Source: Acutalibacteraceae bacterium | Lineage (GTDB): Bacteria; Bacillota; Clostridia; Christensenellales; CAG-138 | Length of the DNA: 64,000 nucleotides | Direction of reading: 5' to 3' | Assembly (NCBI GenBank): GCA_963640685.1 | Contig: CAVIAA010000003.1 | Span: 389 to 64,388 of the forward strand | In this document: positions 62,353 through 64,000 of the stretch, in pieces | Position numbering within the stretch: the first letter of the stretch is position 1 | Layout: every line of letters starts with the position of its first letter | Notes under the pieces: generated by a model | Seen by the model: the letters and a program-made list of their open reading frames with translations, nothing else | Databases searched by the model: none | Told to the model about the DNA's origin: nothing | Made by a program: the position numbers and the translations under genes

Positions 62353-62369
62353 TTATACAAAATGTATAA
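62353..62369. promoter_or_regulatory. LysR-type box: perfect palindrome TTATACA-AAA-TGTATAA (T-N11-A)
   Basis: 7-bp arms with a 3-bp spacer, immediately upstream of the LysR RBS in the divergent intergenic region. Confidence 0.5.
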
Positions 62370-62592
62370 TCATATTCTATTATTTATACGACATATTAAC
62401 AACATTGCATTTATCCAGGCAATATGCCTGTTTTTTAACAATGTTTGCCGCCATTATTTGTACGTTTCGTATAATCCTTATTTACTTCTTTGATATTTAC
62501 TAAATGATATCATATTGCTATAATTTAGTCAAGAAAAGGGGAGAGCCCCACGGGGCGAACCAAACAGAAATAAAGTCAGGAGGACAAACAAA

Positions 62593-62808
62593 ATGACTAA
62601 CGATAAGAAAACCCTTGAGACTATCTTCTACACCTGCGCCGCGATAGTGCTGGTGACCATCGTAACCATGGGCGTATTCGCCGCTAATATGTTCGCACCC
62701 AACAGCGTTTCCGCAAACGCCGCATACGGCATGCTGCTCGCGCTGACCGTTGTAAGCGTATACGGCGGATACAGGGTAATGAACTCCATCCGCAACCTGA
62801 ACGACTGA
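62593..62808 (+). CDS. Small (71 aa) two-TM membrane protein, hypothetical
   Basis: Strong RBS AGGAGGA 8 nt upstream. Two hydrophobic helices. Followed by a terminator and divergent from the LysR gene. Confidence 0.65.
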   Translation: MTNDKKTLETIFYTCAAIVLVTIVTMGVFAANMFAPNSVSANAAYGMLLALTVVSVYGGYRVMNSIRNLND

Positions 62809-62886
62809 TATAAAAGCGTAAGTCACAGCCAATCGGAACATAATGCAAGATAGGACGATTGGTGTATGATATCCTCTTAATGAACA

Positions 62887-62925
62887 GCGGCTCACAGTTT
62901 CCCCCGTGAGCCGCCGTTTTTTTCT
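62887..62925 (+). terminator. Intrinsic terminator
   Basis: GCGGCTCAC AGTTTCCCC GTGAGCCGC followed by CGTTTTTTTCTTTTT. Confidence 0.7.
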
Positions 62926-62947
62926 TTTTGTTTTTTGAGCCGCGTTA

Positions 62948-63724
62948 TTATTGCTCTGTCACCGACTTGAAGTCGATACTGAGCTCCTCGGCGTCGCCAA
63001 GCGTATCCTTGAGCCATACCTCGTAGTCGGCTGCGCTTATATAGGTGTTATCCACTCCCTTTATTATTGCGATGACGTAGCCGTCGCCGTCCTTGTCAAC
63101 ATCTGCGGGATACGGGTTGCCGTCGTAGTCCTCGGAGGCCAGGCTCTTGTCCCATGCATCAACGGAATAGGTCAGCTCATACTCGCCGGTCTTGGTATTG
63201 TAGCAGTATAGGGAGTACGGCCATAGCCTGTCGCCCGCCCAGCCCTGGTTGTGCGAGAACTCGGCCTTTATTATGCCCTTGGTGTAGTAGGTCACGGCCG
63301 GGAATGCGGTGAACTCGGTCTTGAGTGAGCCCGTGGCCTCGTCATAGCTGCATACCATCTCAAGCTCCCCTGCCATCGGCGCGGTGATGAAGGATATTAT
63401 AAGCTCATCCCTGCCGTCGCCGTCAACGTCCGATATGGCGTACCTGTTTTCGCTCATTTGCCCGTAGCTGCCGTCCTCAACGAACCCTGTCTCGGTGCCG
63501 TCCGGATATACATTGTCGCTGACCAGCTTCTTTACCGCCTCCATATAAGCGGCGGTGGCCTTCTGCGCGTAGTCGTCCTGCTCCGCCGTTGCCTCGGGTG
63601 CCTGCGTCTGCTCCGCCTCCGGCGTTTCTACCGGCTGAACTATCACCTCGTCGTTTTTCTTTGCGCAGCCGGTCGCTGCAAGCAGCAGCGCTGCGGCGAT
63701 GCATATGATGCTTCTCTTTATCAT
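62948..63724 (-). CDS. Hypothetical lipoprotein with a DxDGDG (calcium-binding/FG-GAP-like) motif
   Basis: Lipobox LLAATGC, an acidic linker, and motifs ISDVDGDGRDELII and DVDKDGDGY. Confidence 0.7.
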   Translation of the reverse strand: MIKRSIICIAAALLLAATGCAKKNDEVIVQPVETPEAEQTQAPEATAEQDDYAQKATAAYMEAVKKLVSDNVYPDGTETGFVEDGSYGQMSENRYAISDVDGDGRDELIISFITAPMAGELEMVCSYDEATGSLKTEFTAFPAVTYYTKGIIKAEFSHNQGWAGDRLWPYSLYCYNTKTGEYELTYSVDAWDKSLASEDYDGNPYPADVDKDGDGYVIAIIKGVDNTYISAADYEVWLKDTLGDAEELSIDFKSVTEQ

Positions 63725-63754
63725 TTTTCTCTTTTCCTCCGTTGTCTTTGTTTT

Positions 63755-64000
63755 TTACCGTTCTTCGATGGGCACATAGCTGCCCCTTATGGTAACGGCC
63801 CTGTACGCGGGGCGCATTATCTTGTGGCAGGTAACTATTTCCTCCATTCGGTTTGCACACCAGCCCGCGATGCGCGCCGTGGCAAAGAGCGGCGTAAATA
63901 CCTCCGGCGGTATCCCGAGCGTGGTATACACGAGGCCGGAATACATATCGACATTGGCGCACATCGGCGCATCTATCCCCTTGCGCTCCTGAACCATCGG
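63755..64000 (-). CDS. Citrate synthase, C-terminal part (gene continues beyond the window)
   Basis: The C-terminal citrate synthase pattern NVDMYSGLVYTTLGIPPEVFTPLFATARIAGWCANRMEE. The ORF is open to the window edge. Confidence 0.8.
   Translation of the reverse strand, partial: PMVQERKGIDAPMCANVDMYSGLVYTTLGIPPEVFTPLFATARIAGWCANRMEEIVTCHKIMRPAYRAVTIRGSYVPIEER

Noticed and set aside
62423-62445. A small hairpin CAGGCA-ATA-TGCCTG plus T6 in the LysR/small-ORF intergenic region, considered as a possible terminator of an unannotated sRNA.
   Set aside because: The stem is only 6 bp and no convincing promoter lies upstream on the plus strand. It may simply be part of the LysR-regulated promoter architecture.

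Overview
The window looks like a chromosomal segment of a moderately GC-rich anaerobic Firmicute of the Clostridia type. This is judged only from gene content: a 2-hydroxyacyl-CoA dehydratase, an [FeFe]-hydrogenase, T-box and L-box leaders, and GGAGG ribosome-binding sites. No rRNA genes, CRISPR arrays or transposases were seen.

Layout:
- 1-4061: right end of an integrative element. It carries a tyrosine integrase, a HipBA-type toxin-antitoxin pair and YwbE, and it abuts tRNA-Arg(CCT). Upstream of that tRNA (4181-4312) sit two truncated 5'-half tRNA copies and a consensus promoter.
- 4.5-15.7 kb: small accessory and housekeeping units. These are a TauE/SafE permease, an XRE regulator, DUF47-PiT phosphate uptake, TetR-MMPL plus a heptad-repeat secreted protein, and an ECF sigma/anti-sigma pair.
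- 16-31 kb: a large divergent locus for 2-hydroxyacid fermentation. One arm has acyl-CoA ligase, GntP permease, acyl-CoA dehydrogenase, EtfBA, dehydratase activator and alpha/beta subunits, then a thioesterase-like protein and an MBL hydrolase. The other arm has a PAS-AAA+-HTH regulator without the GAFTGA loop, a family III CoA-transferase and a YkvI-like permease.
- 31-43 kb: DUF308-FtsH, a monomeric [FeFe]-hydrogenase, an Opp/Dpp-type ABC system, QueH and a CNNM/CorC protein.
- 43-50 kb: a sulfur/selenium trafficking cluster (class V desulfurase, DUF3343, split YeeE/YedE). Next to it is a copper locus with CopA and two paralogous cupredoxin-like proteins.
- 50-64 kb: an L-box-controlled amino-acid ABC importer, a beta-helix lipoprotein with collagen-like repeats, MATE, a DagK-like lipid kinase, a Trp T-box-controlled ABC importer, YitT, LysR with a small divergent membrane protein, a lipoprotein, and the 3' end of citrate synthase.

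Most interesting:
- the atypical dehydratase locus and its sigma-54-type regulator lacking GAFTGA
- the copper locus with Cys/Met cupredoxin-like domains
- the stacked tRNA-half scars at the integration site

All calls rest on reading the translated ORFs and the DNA by eye. No database search was run.
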